Notes under the pieces: generated by a model
Seen by the model: the letters and a program-made list of their open reading frames with translations, nothing else
What the model was told of the DNA's origin: nothing
Databases searched by the model: none
Translations under genes and position numbers: made by a program
Shown here: positions 34,601 through 46,600 of the stretch, piece after piece
Position numbering within the stretch: position 1 is the stretch's first letter
How the letters are laid out: every line of letters begins with the position of its first letter
DNA from: Chiloscyllium plagiosum
Lineage: Eukaryota
Direction of reading: 5' to 3'
Assembly: GCF_004010195.1 (NCBI RefSeq)
Contig: NC_057749.1
Span: 21,275,953-21,339,837, forward strand
Length of the DNA: 63,885 bases

Positions 34601-37600
34601 ATGGTTAGGGTTAGAGTTAGAGTTAGAGTTGGGTTGGAGTTGGGGCTAGGCTTGGGGTTAGAGTTAGGGTTGGGGTTAGAGTTAGGGTTGGGGTTAGGGT
34701 TAGGGTTGGGGTTAGGGTTACAGCTGGCATTAGGGTTAGGGATGGATTTAGGATGGGTTAGGGTTACAGTTGGGGTTAGGGTTAGGGTTGGGGTTAGGAT
34801 GGGTTAGGGTTAAAATTGGGGTTAAGATTAGGTTTGGGATTAGGATAGGTTAGGGTTACAGTTGGGGTTAGAATTAGGGTTGGGGTTAAAATAGGTTAGG
34901 GTTATAGTTGGGGTTAGGTTTAGGGTTGGGGTTAGGATGGGTTAGGTTTAGTATTAGTGTTGGGATTGGGGTGGGAGTTCAGATTGGGGTTAGGATTATG
35001 TTTAGGGTTAGGCGTAAGGTTAGGGTTAGATTAAGGGTTAGGTTTAGCGTTAGGGTGTGAAGTATGTGTTTTACATGTGGGAATGGTCCCTCCCTATCTA
35101 CACTGACCACACCCTCTTGATATTGACATTAAACCTCAAATTCTCTCTCAGGCCTTGGTCACTGTGATGGCAAACAAGGTAACAATGGAAAAGCCTGCCC
35201 CATAACCAGAAGAGAATTTTCACCTTTGCTCATACCTGCCCCACAAAGATATTGCCAGCGACGCTCAGAGTTTCTGTAGCTGATGTTCCCATGGTAACCT
35301 GCATCAACCACGCAATCTGACTCGAGAAAAAAATAAAAACAGAAATACAATTAAAGGTATTGCACAAATGGAATGGAATTGTATACAGCAGTGATGTGTT
35401 GTTTAATACATTGGAAGGTCAAAGTTTCAGGGTCGAGTGACAGGTTAGTGTGCAGGGAGGGACAGCAGCCTCTATCCACTGGGTAGCGCACTTTTCTTCA
35501 TTTCGCTATCACCTGCTGACTCCTCATTCACAGCTGCCCTGTCATAACAAAACATCAAGCAACAACCTTTGTCCTTCCAGATTGGGAATGCCCTTATCAA
35601 TCGATCATCGTGTCACAGAGCTGGGTGTGGGCAACCATGTTCCACACTCAGCAATGGTGGTGCAGTTCAGCCACAACTTGGCCAGTGGGACAGTATCAGT
35701 GCCATGTGCAAATGGCCTTCACTGTACCCTGTCAGGCCCTGGCTTCTCTCAGTTCATTGGACTGACCCAAGGCTGAGGTAGATAGCCTCTTGGGAATCGG
35801 TTTAGCTCGGTTGGCTGGATTACAAAGCAGCATGTTGCCAACAGTATGGGTTCAATTCCTATCACCGGTTTGAGGTTACCATGAAGGACACTCCTTCTCA
35901 ACCTCTTTCCTCGCCTGAGGTCTGATGGCCCTCAGGTTAGATCACCAGCAGTTGCTTCCCTCTCTAATGAGAGTGCAGTCCCTATGGTCGAGTAAGACAA
36001 TGGCGACGCAACAACAACAGATAGGTTCTTGCTTGACGAGAGAGTGAAAGGTCACAGGGACAGATGGGAATTTGAGGGCCACTAACTGCATTAGCCACGT
36101 CCTTCTTCCAAAATAGGCTCAGAGGGCTAAAGGGCCTGGTGTTGCTCCAACGTCCTGTTTGACTCAAGTATGATGAAAGCATAAACAAACAGAGAATTAG
36201 AATGAACTGGAGACGCTCCTGTGGAGAGAGAAACAAAGTTAACGCCTCGAGTCCAGTCTGACTCTCCTTAGACAGCATGGTGGCTCAGTGATTAGCCCTG
36301 CTGCCTCACAGCACTAGGGACCCGGATCCAATTCTCACCTTGGGCAATTGTCTGTGTGGAGTTTGCACCTTCTCCCTGTGTTGGCAAGGGTTTGCTCCGG
36401 TTTCATCCCACAATCCAAATATGTGCAGGTGAGGTGAACTGACCAAGCTAAATTGCCCACAGTGTTCAGGGATGTGCAGGCTAGGTGCATTAGTCAGGGG
36501 TAAATGTAGAGTAACAGGGTGGGGGAATGGGTCAGGGTGGGAGACTCTTCGGAGGGTCGGTGTGGACTTGTCAGGCCGAATGGCCTATTCCTACACAGTA
36601 GGGATTCTAAGATCTCTGGCTGAGCTCAGCCTGCCATTCCTATTTTGGTGGCAGGCGGGGAGTGAGCCCACAGTTAGGAAGGACTCCTGATGAGAGTCAC
36701 CAGTGCAGTCTCACTGCCCACCCGCATGGATTCAGGACGCGAATCTGAAGAAGCATCATATTGAACTCAAAACATTAACTCTGCTTCTCTCTGCACGGAC
36801 AATGCCAGACCTACTGAGTTTCTCCAGCAATTTCTGCGTTTGTTTCACATTTTCGGCATCCTCACTCCATTACCCCATTACAATGAAAGTATTTTTTCAG
36901 CCTTAGGAAAAATTGAGGGATATCATTAACGAGGAGTTAAAAGTGATCAATGGATTTGATGCAAGGTAGACTTGATGAGGATGACTTCACTTGTGGTCCA
37001 AAGGTCATAAATATTGGACAAATCTAAGAGTAGACAACTCTCCAGCCAGAGACAGGCTAGAATATGGAACTAGCTACCACAAGGAGTAGCTGAAGAGAAT
37101 GTTTGATGGAAGGCTTGATAAAGAATTGATGGAATTGATTCGGAGATGCTGGTTTTGGACTGGGGTGTACAAAGTTAAAAATCACACAACACCAGGTTAA
37201 CAGACAATCAATTTCTCAATGTAGAATTTCAGTTACATCACACTGCAAATTTTTGCTATAAATTCTGTGTTACGATCGAGCCCTCCACAATCACCTGATG
37301 AAGGAGCGTCGCTCCGAAAGCTAGTGTGCTTCCAATTAAACCTGTTGGACTATAACCTGGTGTTGTGTGATTTTTAACTTTAATGGAATTGGGTTACGTT
37401 AGCACGGGGTGGGAGGAGATCCTGTGCACCGTAAAGGTTAGTATTGGATCGTTTGGCTGAATGGCCTGCTCCTGGACTATACCTTTATAATCAGCCACTG
37501 CATTGCACCCAGGTAGTAGAGAATGGACATCACGCAGCTGAAGAAGACCACAATAGGTAGGGCCTGTGGACCGAGAGAGAAAGAGTTGGAGCATCAGAAT

Positions 37601-40600
37601 GAGAGAGAATGAGGTAACACAGTAAAACTGTCCCAGAGGTGGGAAATGCTACCCATTGCCAGCTGCAGGGTTTGAGGGTGTGACCCACAGTGACACTGCA
37701 GTACTGTGGGAGCACTACACTGCCAGAGCTTCCTACCTCCAAGGTTTTAAGATTCATTCACTGGATGAGAATGTCACGATTAATTGCCCATCCCTAATAA
37801 CCCAGGAGTCAATTAAGAGTCAATGACATTGCTGTGGGTCTGGAGTCACATGTTGGCCAGACCAGATAAGGATGACAGTTTCCTTCCTTAAAGGACATCA
37901 GTGAACCAGTTGGGTTTTTCTAACAATTGACAATAGATTGATTGCCAACATTAGACTCTTAATTCCAGATTTTCATTGAATTCAAATTCCGCTATCTCCC
38001 AATGGCACGATTCGAACCTGGGTTCTCAGAACATTACCTGGGTTTGTGGTTTAACAATCGGTCAGTAATACTGCTAGGCCATCGCCTCCCCATTAGAGAG
38101 AGCTGAAGAAATGTCCAAGTGACATTCAGGTGCCATTGGCAAAAAGGGCAACTCAGTTCTCCCACTGTTCACCAATGGCTGCCTAGACTCACATCTTTGG
38201 TCACATAAACTCCTGCCTAACTCTGCCTTTTCATTCCCCAAGTTGAGAATCCAGCTCCAGCTCAGGAATCGTAGGCCAACCGGGGTCCTCGAGGTAGCCA
38301 TGGTAACGGCAGAGGAGAGCCTTCCTTGGGCCCTGCATGGGTTGTGTGGTACCGTTAACCACCATGTCCTCCTCAGGAACCTCTCTTTCACAGCTACATG
38401 CTGCCCCTTGGTGACACCATTCAAACAGGGTGAAAGTGAGGCCTGCAGATGCTGGAGATCAGAGTCCAGATTAGAGTGGTGCTGGAAAAGCACAGCAGGT
38501 CAGGCAGCATCCGAGGAGCAGGAAAATCAAGCACCACTGTAATCTTGACACCATTAATTTCCTCTGTTGATTGGCAACCGTCAACTCAGTCTCCACGGCA
38601 ACTCTCCCAGACCTCTCACTGATTCTGTGCCACTGAGTGTTTTGTTTGACGTCCACAGCCTCTCCATTATAAGGACTGATTTCACTTAAATCTGTCACCC
38701 TGCCTGACACCAGAGAGGAGCACGAGAAAAGATTCAGTAATATTTGGAATTGGAGACTTGGATACTTTCATGTTTAGGGTGCACCGGAGACATACAAGAC
38801 CAGGCGGTATGTATCAATCATCGGTTTTGTTGATTTTTATTTCTTCTAAGACAGCCCCTGACACTGTTCATCTCTTGTTGAAACTCTCATCCATGCTAAT
38901 GTTGCTTCCAGTTTGATTATTCTAGTTCTCATTCTCACTCCAAGGACTAATGCAAGGAACGAGGTGTCTCCTTGGCAACAATTGACATCCCGTGTCACCA
39001 TCAACGACTTCAGGGTCAACTACACCATGGGGTCAACGTAAAGGTAACCCAGTACAAATCTGGGTACATTAATCTGACACATTAGCCTCGGTGCTGCCTT
39101 CTTCTCTGTGTTCTTTTTTTATTAATTCACGGGATGAGGGCATCGTTAGTTCGGCTGGCACTTATTGCCCAGAGGGCAAAAGGAGTCAAGTGTAGGCCAG
39201 ACCAGGTAAGGATGGCAGACTTCCTTCCCTGAAGGACGTTAGTGAACCAGGGTGGGGAGGGCTTTCCTGACAACCATCATAAGGCTCTTAATGCCAGATT
39301 TGTCACTGAATCCAAATTCCATCATACATCCTGGTGGGATATGAAGCCAGGTTCCCAGAACATCAGCTGGTCTTGGATTGATAGGGGAGCGATAATACCA
39401 CTGGGCCATCTGCCTTCCCCTGTAGGGAACTTGTTGTTGACTGGGGGCATTTAATCAGGAACGGAGGTAGGGAACTCTGGGGGCCTGTGACTCTCTTACC
39501 TCTGCCCAGGTTACAGCCAGAGGGAACACCCATGGATGACTAATTAATGCCTCCTTAAGGGTCCCACCCATCCACTATTGACATCAATCCAGGGGGTAGC
39601 TATGGGGAGTGTTGGCGAGGGCAGGTCCTGACCATGCAGGGGGAGAATGAGAAGCAAATCCCAGTGCATTTGCCTGTGGCTCCCCCCCTCCCCCTTCCAC
39701 ACACCCCATGCTCCTGCCCCTCCCCCAGGGTGTCCCACAGCGTCTGACCGTGAGATTGGGCATTGGGAGAGGGGCGGTCCACTGAGAAGCACCCCTTGCC
39801 CTTGGTGGAATGGCCCCACCGAATGAACCAGCAACCCCTCTGCCTCTCTCCCCACCAACCCCAAAACCCTGCCAGCCTTACACCCACTCACCGTCCAAGG
39901 TGGGTGCAGTACCGGCAGGAGCCACCGCCTGCCTGTTGGCGCTGTCATTCAACAGCCCTCTGATTGGCCAACAGCTTTGATAGCCTGAGACACCCCCTGA
40001 TACCACCACCCTCCTCTCCCCCACACCCCCAGGGTCTTAGATTTTCAACACCTGCCATTTTATAATTTGGTTAATATTAATTTAATATCTCTAACATACT
40101 TTTTGCTTAAGTGAGCATCCTACCCTGTTTGTTTCTTATGGACTCCATTCTATCCTTCAAGAATCTTTGACTATTAACGTGTTTGAAGAACATTTTCCTA
40201 TTTGTTTAAGCACTGCCTGCCTTCCTTTCCTCATGGTTCCTCATAGCCTTCCTTATTCCAGCCTTAGCCTCTCTCTTTCACTCGAGATACTCTTTCTGAT
40301 TTCTTACGCGATCTTGTAGCCATAAAGCTAGTCTCAGTGACCAGGAAAATGAAATTGTCATCAATTGCTGTTAAAAATCCCATCAGGTTCACTAAAGTCC
40401 CTTGAGGGAAGGAAATCTGCCCTCCTTACCTGGTCTGAGCTTAAAAATGTGTTGCTGGAAAAGCGCAGCAGGTCAGGCAGCATCAAAGGACTCTTAAAAA
40501 AGGACTTTTAAGCTCTGATCTCTGGCATTTGCAGTCCTCACTTTATCCTTACCTGGTCTGGCCTACAATGTGTCTATGGACTACTGCAATGTGGTTGATT

Positions 40601-43600
40601 TTTAACTGCCCTCTGAAATATCTGAGCAAACCGCCCAGTTTAAGAGCAATTAGGGTGCACACCAAACTCTGGCCTTCCCACCCAAGCCTCATTCCTGATG
40701 AAGGGCTTATGCCCGAAACATGGATTCTCCTGCTCCTCGGATGCTGCGCTTTTCCAGCACCACCCTCTCGACTCGGATCTCCAGCATCTGCAGTCCTCAT
40801 TTTCTCCCTGCTAATGACACTCACACCTCAGGGAAGAAACACAATTAACTGGAATTATTGCTGGATTAAACAAATTCACAAGCATGTATCAGCGCATCAG
40901 AAAACGTTGCTTTCTGCCAACATCACCTGCTGTCTGTGCACAACATGTCCTCAGCCTCTGATGGCTGGTCATTTGAACACAGAGCCCTGCTCAATCCCAC
41001 ATGTCTGCCCTCAGCACGGTGCAGTGTTCCAGTGAATCCCAGCACCAACTGGAGGAACAACACCTCACCTCCAGACTAGGCGCTTTACAACCTCCTGAAC
41101 ATTGACTCAGCCAACGTTGTCTATCTTATACGTTGCAGGCAGGGATGCCCGGAGGCATGGTATATTGGGGAAACCGAGCAAAGGCTACGACAACGGATGA
41201 ATGGGCACCGCACAACAATCAACAGACAGGAGGGTTCTCTCCCAGTTGGGGAACACTTCAGTGGTCCAGGATATTCGACCTCAGACCTTCGGGTGACCAT
41301 CCTCCAAGGCGGACTTCGGGACAGGCAGCAGTGAAAAGTGGTCGAGCAGAGGCTGATTGCTAAGTTCCATACCCATAGGGAGGGCCTCAACCAGGACCTT
41401 GGGTTCATATCACATTACAGGTCTGTGTATATGTGTGTATGTGACATTACAGGTGACTCCATTGCACTATACACACATACAGATACTCCTACCCACACAC
41501 ACTCTCACACACACACAGGAACTCCTATACCCACATACATTTACCTGCACATCCACCAATATTATTTATTGTATCCGTTGCTCCTAATGCGGTCTCCTCT
41601 ACATTGGGGAGACTGGGCGCCTCCTAGCAGAGCACTTTAGGGAACATCTCTGGGACACCTGCACCAATCAACCACACCGCCCTGTGGCCCAACATTTCAA
41701 CTCCCCCTCCCACTCTGCCGAGGACATGGAGGTCCTGGGCCTCCTTCACNNNNNNNNNNNNNNNNNNNNNNNNNNNNNNNNNNNNNNNNNNNNNNNNNNN
41801 NNNNNNNNNNNNNNNNNNNNNNNNNNNNNNNNNNNNNNNNNNNNNNNNNNNNNNNNNNNNNNNNNNNNNNNNNNNNNNNNNNNNNNNNNNNNNNNNNNNN
41901 NNNNNNNNNNNNNNNNNNNNNNNNNNNNNNNNNNNNNNNNNNNNNNNNNNNNNNNNNNNNNNNNNNNNNNNNNNNNNNNNNNNNNNNNNNNNNNNNNNNN
42001 NNNNNNNNNNNNNNNNNNNNNNNNNNNNNNNNNNNNNNNNNNNNNNNNNNNNNNNNNNNNNNNNNNNNNNNNNNNNNNNNNNNNNNNNNNNNNNNNNNNN
42101 NNNNNNNNNNNNNNNNNNNNNNNNNNNNNNNNNNNNNNNNNNNNNNNNNNNNNNNNNNNNNNNNNNNNNNNNNNNNNNNNNNNNNNNNNNNNNNNNNNNN
42201 NNNNNNNNNNNNNNNNNNNNNNNNNNNNNNNNNNNNNNNNNNNNNNNNNNNNNNNNNNNNNNNNNNNNNNNNNNNNNNNNNNNNNNNNNNNNNNNNNNNN
42301 NNNNNNNNNNNNNNNNNNNNNNNNNNNNNNNNNNNNNNNNNNNNNNNNNNNNNNNNNNNNNNNNNNNNNNNNNNCATGAAAGAAGTGAAACTATCACTGT
42401 ATTCTAACAGATGAAAGGCTTAACAGACAATCAATTTCTCAATGTATAATTTCAGTTACATCACACTGTAAATTTTTGCTATAAATTCTGTGTTAGGATT
42501 GAGCCCTCCACTACCACCTGATGAAGGAGCGTCGCTCCGAAAGCTAGTGTGCTTCCAATTAAACCTGTTGGACTATAACCTGGTGTTGTGTGATTTTTAA
42601 TTCTGAACTTAAGACTGAGTTCAACAGCTTCAAATTGGGAACCCATTCCCATTCCTTCCTTTTCTTTTAAACGTTACGTTCGCTGCCACCATGTCCTCTC
42701 TCCCCTTCCCCCACTCCAGAGGGACTGTTTGTTTTTTCCATTTTGGCAGTTGGACACACCATTGTTCCACCTTTCTCACATTCCGATTACCGAATCTGAA
42801 CTCTCAACATCCTTTCTCCTCCACCCCCTCACCCTCACTATTTCATAAATGCCATTCCCCCTAGTGTCAGTTCTAATGAAGAGTCATCAAGACTCAAAAC
42901 AATAGCTTTCCCTGGATGCTGCTGTGATCTCCAGCATTTGTTGCTTTCCATTCAGACTCCAGCATCTGCAGTAATTTGCTCCTATCACCAATATTAGCAT
43001 TTTCACTGTGACTAATGTGTGAACTGACTCCAAAAAAATATAAGAATTGATAAAGAAGGAGAGGCTGACCTGAAATGCAAAAAGACCATTGATGAGATCA
43101 TCTCCAAACAGAAAGCTGGACCCGGCTTTTGTGTAGTTCAAAAAGATCTGCAAGAGGAAAGAGACAAGGTTCGGGACCTCACACACGACTGCAACATTAC
43201 TTTGATGCTGTTTGAGTTCTTTTTTCAATCAGTGATTGAGTGGAATGGACTAACGTCACTCGGGTGAGAATTAAATCCAAGACAATTCAGTCTCTGCACT
43301 CGGTCGCTTCATCGCCCCTGAAACCACCCGACCAATTGGTGCATTGGCAGCAACTCCCACCACCTTCTTTAGTCAGCTGAAGAGTGCAAGCCTAGGATTT
43401 AGATCAGGGCTGAAAGGGGTCAAGATGCAGTGTATACCTGAGAAACTAGTGAGTGTACACAAGAAACTAGTGGACACTCCAAAAACTAGTGGGTACCCCA
43501 AATACTAGACCAGAGTGCACCCCAGAGATCAGTGTGAGCCCCATTCCTCGGTGTATACCCGGGCACCAGTGTGTACTCAGACCTGTGTGTGTCCCAGATC

Positions 43601-46600
43601 TCTGTGTATACCCAGGGCCCAGTGTGTACTCAGGCCAGTGTGTGCCCCAGACCTGTGTATATCCAGGGCCCAGTGTGTACCCAGGTTAGTGTGTGCCCCT
43701 GACCTATGTATACCCAGGGACCAGTGTGTACTTGGACCAATGTGTGCCCCAGACCTGTGTATACCCAGGGCCCAGTGTGTACTCACGCCAGTGTGTGTCC
43801 CAGAACTGTGTATACCTAGGGACCAGTGTGTACTCAGACCAGTGTGTGTCCCAGATCTGTGTATACCCAGGGACCAGTGTGTACTCAGACCAGTGTGTGT
43901 CCCAGACCTGTGTATACCCGAGGACCAGTGTGTACTCAGGCCAGTGTGTGTCCCAGACCTGTGTATACCCAGGGACTAGTGTGTACTCAGACCAGTGTAT
44001 GTCCCAGACCTGTGTATACCCAGGGACCAGTGTGTACTCAGACCAGTGTGTGTCCCAGACCTGTGTATACCCAGGGACCAGTGTGTACTCAGACCAGTGT
44101 GTGTCCCAGAACTGTGTATACCCAGGGCCCAGTGTGTACTCGGACCAGTGTGTGCCCCAGACCTGTGTATACCCGGGGACCATTGTGTGTCCCAGACCTG
44201 TATATATCCGGGGACAGTGTGTGTCCCAGACCTGTGTATACCCAGGGACCAGTGTGTACTCAGGCCAGTGTGTACTCAGACCAGTATGTGCCCCAGACCT
44301 GTGTATACCCGGGGACCAGTGTGTACTCAGACCAGTGTGTGTCCCAGAACTGTGTGTATACCCAGGGACCAGTGTGTACTCAGACCAGTGTGTGTCCCAG
44401 AACTGTGTATACCCGGGGCCCAGGGGCCCAGTGTGTAGTCAGGCCAGTGTGTGTCCCAGACCTGTGTATACCCGGGGACCAGTGTGTACTCAGGCCAGTG
44501 TGTGCCCCAGACCTGTGTATACCCAGGGACCGGTGTGTATTCAGGCCAGTGTGTGCCCCAGACCTGTGTATACCCGGGGACCAGTGTGTACTCAGGCCAG
44601 TGTGTGCCCCAGACTTGTTTCTACCCGGGGACCAGTGTGTATTCAGGCCAGTGTGTGCCCCAGACCTGTGTATACCCAGGGACCAGTGTGTACTCAGACC
44701 AGTGTGTACTCAGACTTGTGTATACTCGGGGACCAGTGTGTACTCAGGCCAGTGTGTGCCCCAGACCTGTGTATACCCAGGGACCGGTGTGTATTCAGGC
44801 CAGTGTGTGCCTCAGACCTGTGTATACCCAGGGACCAGTGTGTACTCAGACCAGTGTGTGCCCCAGACCTGTGTATACCCAGGGACCGGTGTGTATTCAG
44901 GCCAGTGTGTGCCTCAGACCTGTGTATACCCGGGGACCAGTGTGTACTCAGGCCAGTGTGTGCCCCAGACTTGTGTATACCCGGGGACGTGTGCATTCAG
45001 GCCAGTGTGTGCCCCAGACCTGTGTATACCCAGGGCCCAATGTGTACTCAGGCCAATGTGTGCCCCAGACCTGTGTATACCCAGGGACCAGTGTGTACTC
45101 AGACCAGTGTGTATCCAGGGGCCAGTGTGTACTCAGCCCTGTGTGTACCCAGGGATCAGTGTGTACTCAGCCCTGTGTGTACCCAAGGACCAGTGTGTAC
45201 TCAGCCCTGTGTATACCCAGGGACCAGTGTGTACTCAGCCCTGTGTATACCCAGGGACCAGTTGCGTATTCCTGTATTGAATGTGCATTGACGATGCCAA
45301 ATCATTGCAGTGTGCTGGTGAAATGCCCTGGTTTGAGGAGGAGACCAGCTCTGGGCCATGTCCGATCTGTTGCTCTTACCTGGACTTGCTCCCCCAGCCA
45401 TTTGAAAGCCTGAAAGCCGGGTTCCGTTCTGATGATCAAGATTCCCAGAATGAATTGCAGGCCTAGTCCCACAAACAGAGTTCGACAAGATACCTGAGCA
45501 GCAGGAAGTGAGAATTAGTGACAATGAGACTCGGAGCTTTGAATATTCCTCAATATAACACACACACACCGCATCAGAGGGATCTCACTGCAGTTTAGCC
45601 TGTGTCTTTTAGCCAAATGCTTAGTATTCATAACCTGTGGGATATGTCAGGGGTATTCCTTATCGGCCTGATCATATAATCAGAGAATATCACAGCACAG
45701 AAAATCTTTCAGCCTATCATTTCAGTGCTAGCACATTGAAGAGCTTTGCAAATCAATCTAATCTTTTCTTGGAGCCTTGCAAGATTTCCTGTACATTTAT
45801 TAACCAATTCCCTCTTCAAAGCGATTAGTGAATTTGAATCATAGAACCCATACAGTGTGGAAAGAGGTCATTTGGTCCACTGACCCTCCAAAGGACATCC
45901 TACCCAGATCCACCTGCCTACCCTATCCCTGCATTTCCCATGGCCAATTCACTCAAACCTGCACATCTTTGGACTGTGGGAAGAAGCCTGAGCACCCAGA
46001 GGAAACCCACGCAGACACGGGGAGAATGTGCAAACTCCCCATGGCCTGATGGTGGAATTGAACCCGGGTCCCTGGTGCAGTGAGGCAGCAGTGCTAACCA
46101 CTGAGCTACTGTGCGCCTGAATTTGTTTCCATCACCTTTTCTGGAGGTGATTTCCCGACCTTTATAAACTCCAGTTTAACTATATTTCACTCACCCTCTC
46201 CCCCAAGCCACTTCCAGGTCACTTTTATCAATGAACTTCAATCTATTCTGGCTTTACCTACCCTCCTGCCAGTGAGAACAGATTTTCCTTATTCTCTCCA
46301 TCAAATAGAGTCGTAGAGTCCTACAGCACAGAGACAGGCCCTTTGGTCCAAATGAGTCCATGCTGAGCAAAATGTCCAATCACGCTAACCCTTGCACTTG
46401 GCCCATATCCTTTTAATCCTTTCCTATTCATATATTTGTCCAAATGCCTTTTAAATGTTGTTAATGTACCCACCACAACCACTTCCCCTGGCAGCTCATT
46501 CCATATGCGTACCACCCTTTGTGTAAAAAAGTTGGCCCTCATGTTCCCTTTTATTCTTTCCCCTCGAACCTTAAACTGATGCCCTCTCGCCCTCGATTCC

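Noticed and set aside
2819..42397. ORFs containing long X runs
   Set aside because: These are artefacts of reading through the four N gaps.
43489..45413. Long Cys/Pro/Val-rich ORFs (532, 484 and 320 aa) resembling keratin-associated or zinc-finger proteins
   Set aside because: These are translations of the 51-bp minisatellite in all three frames, antisense within an intron.
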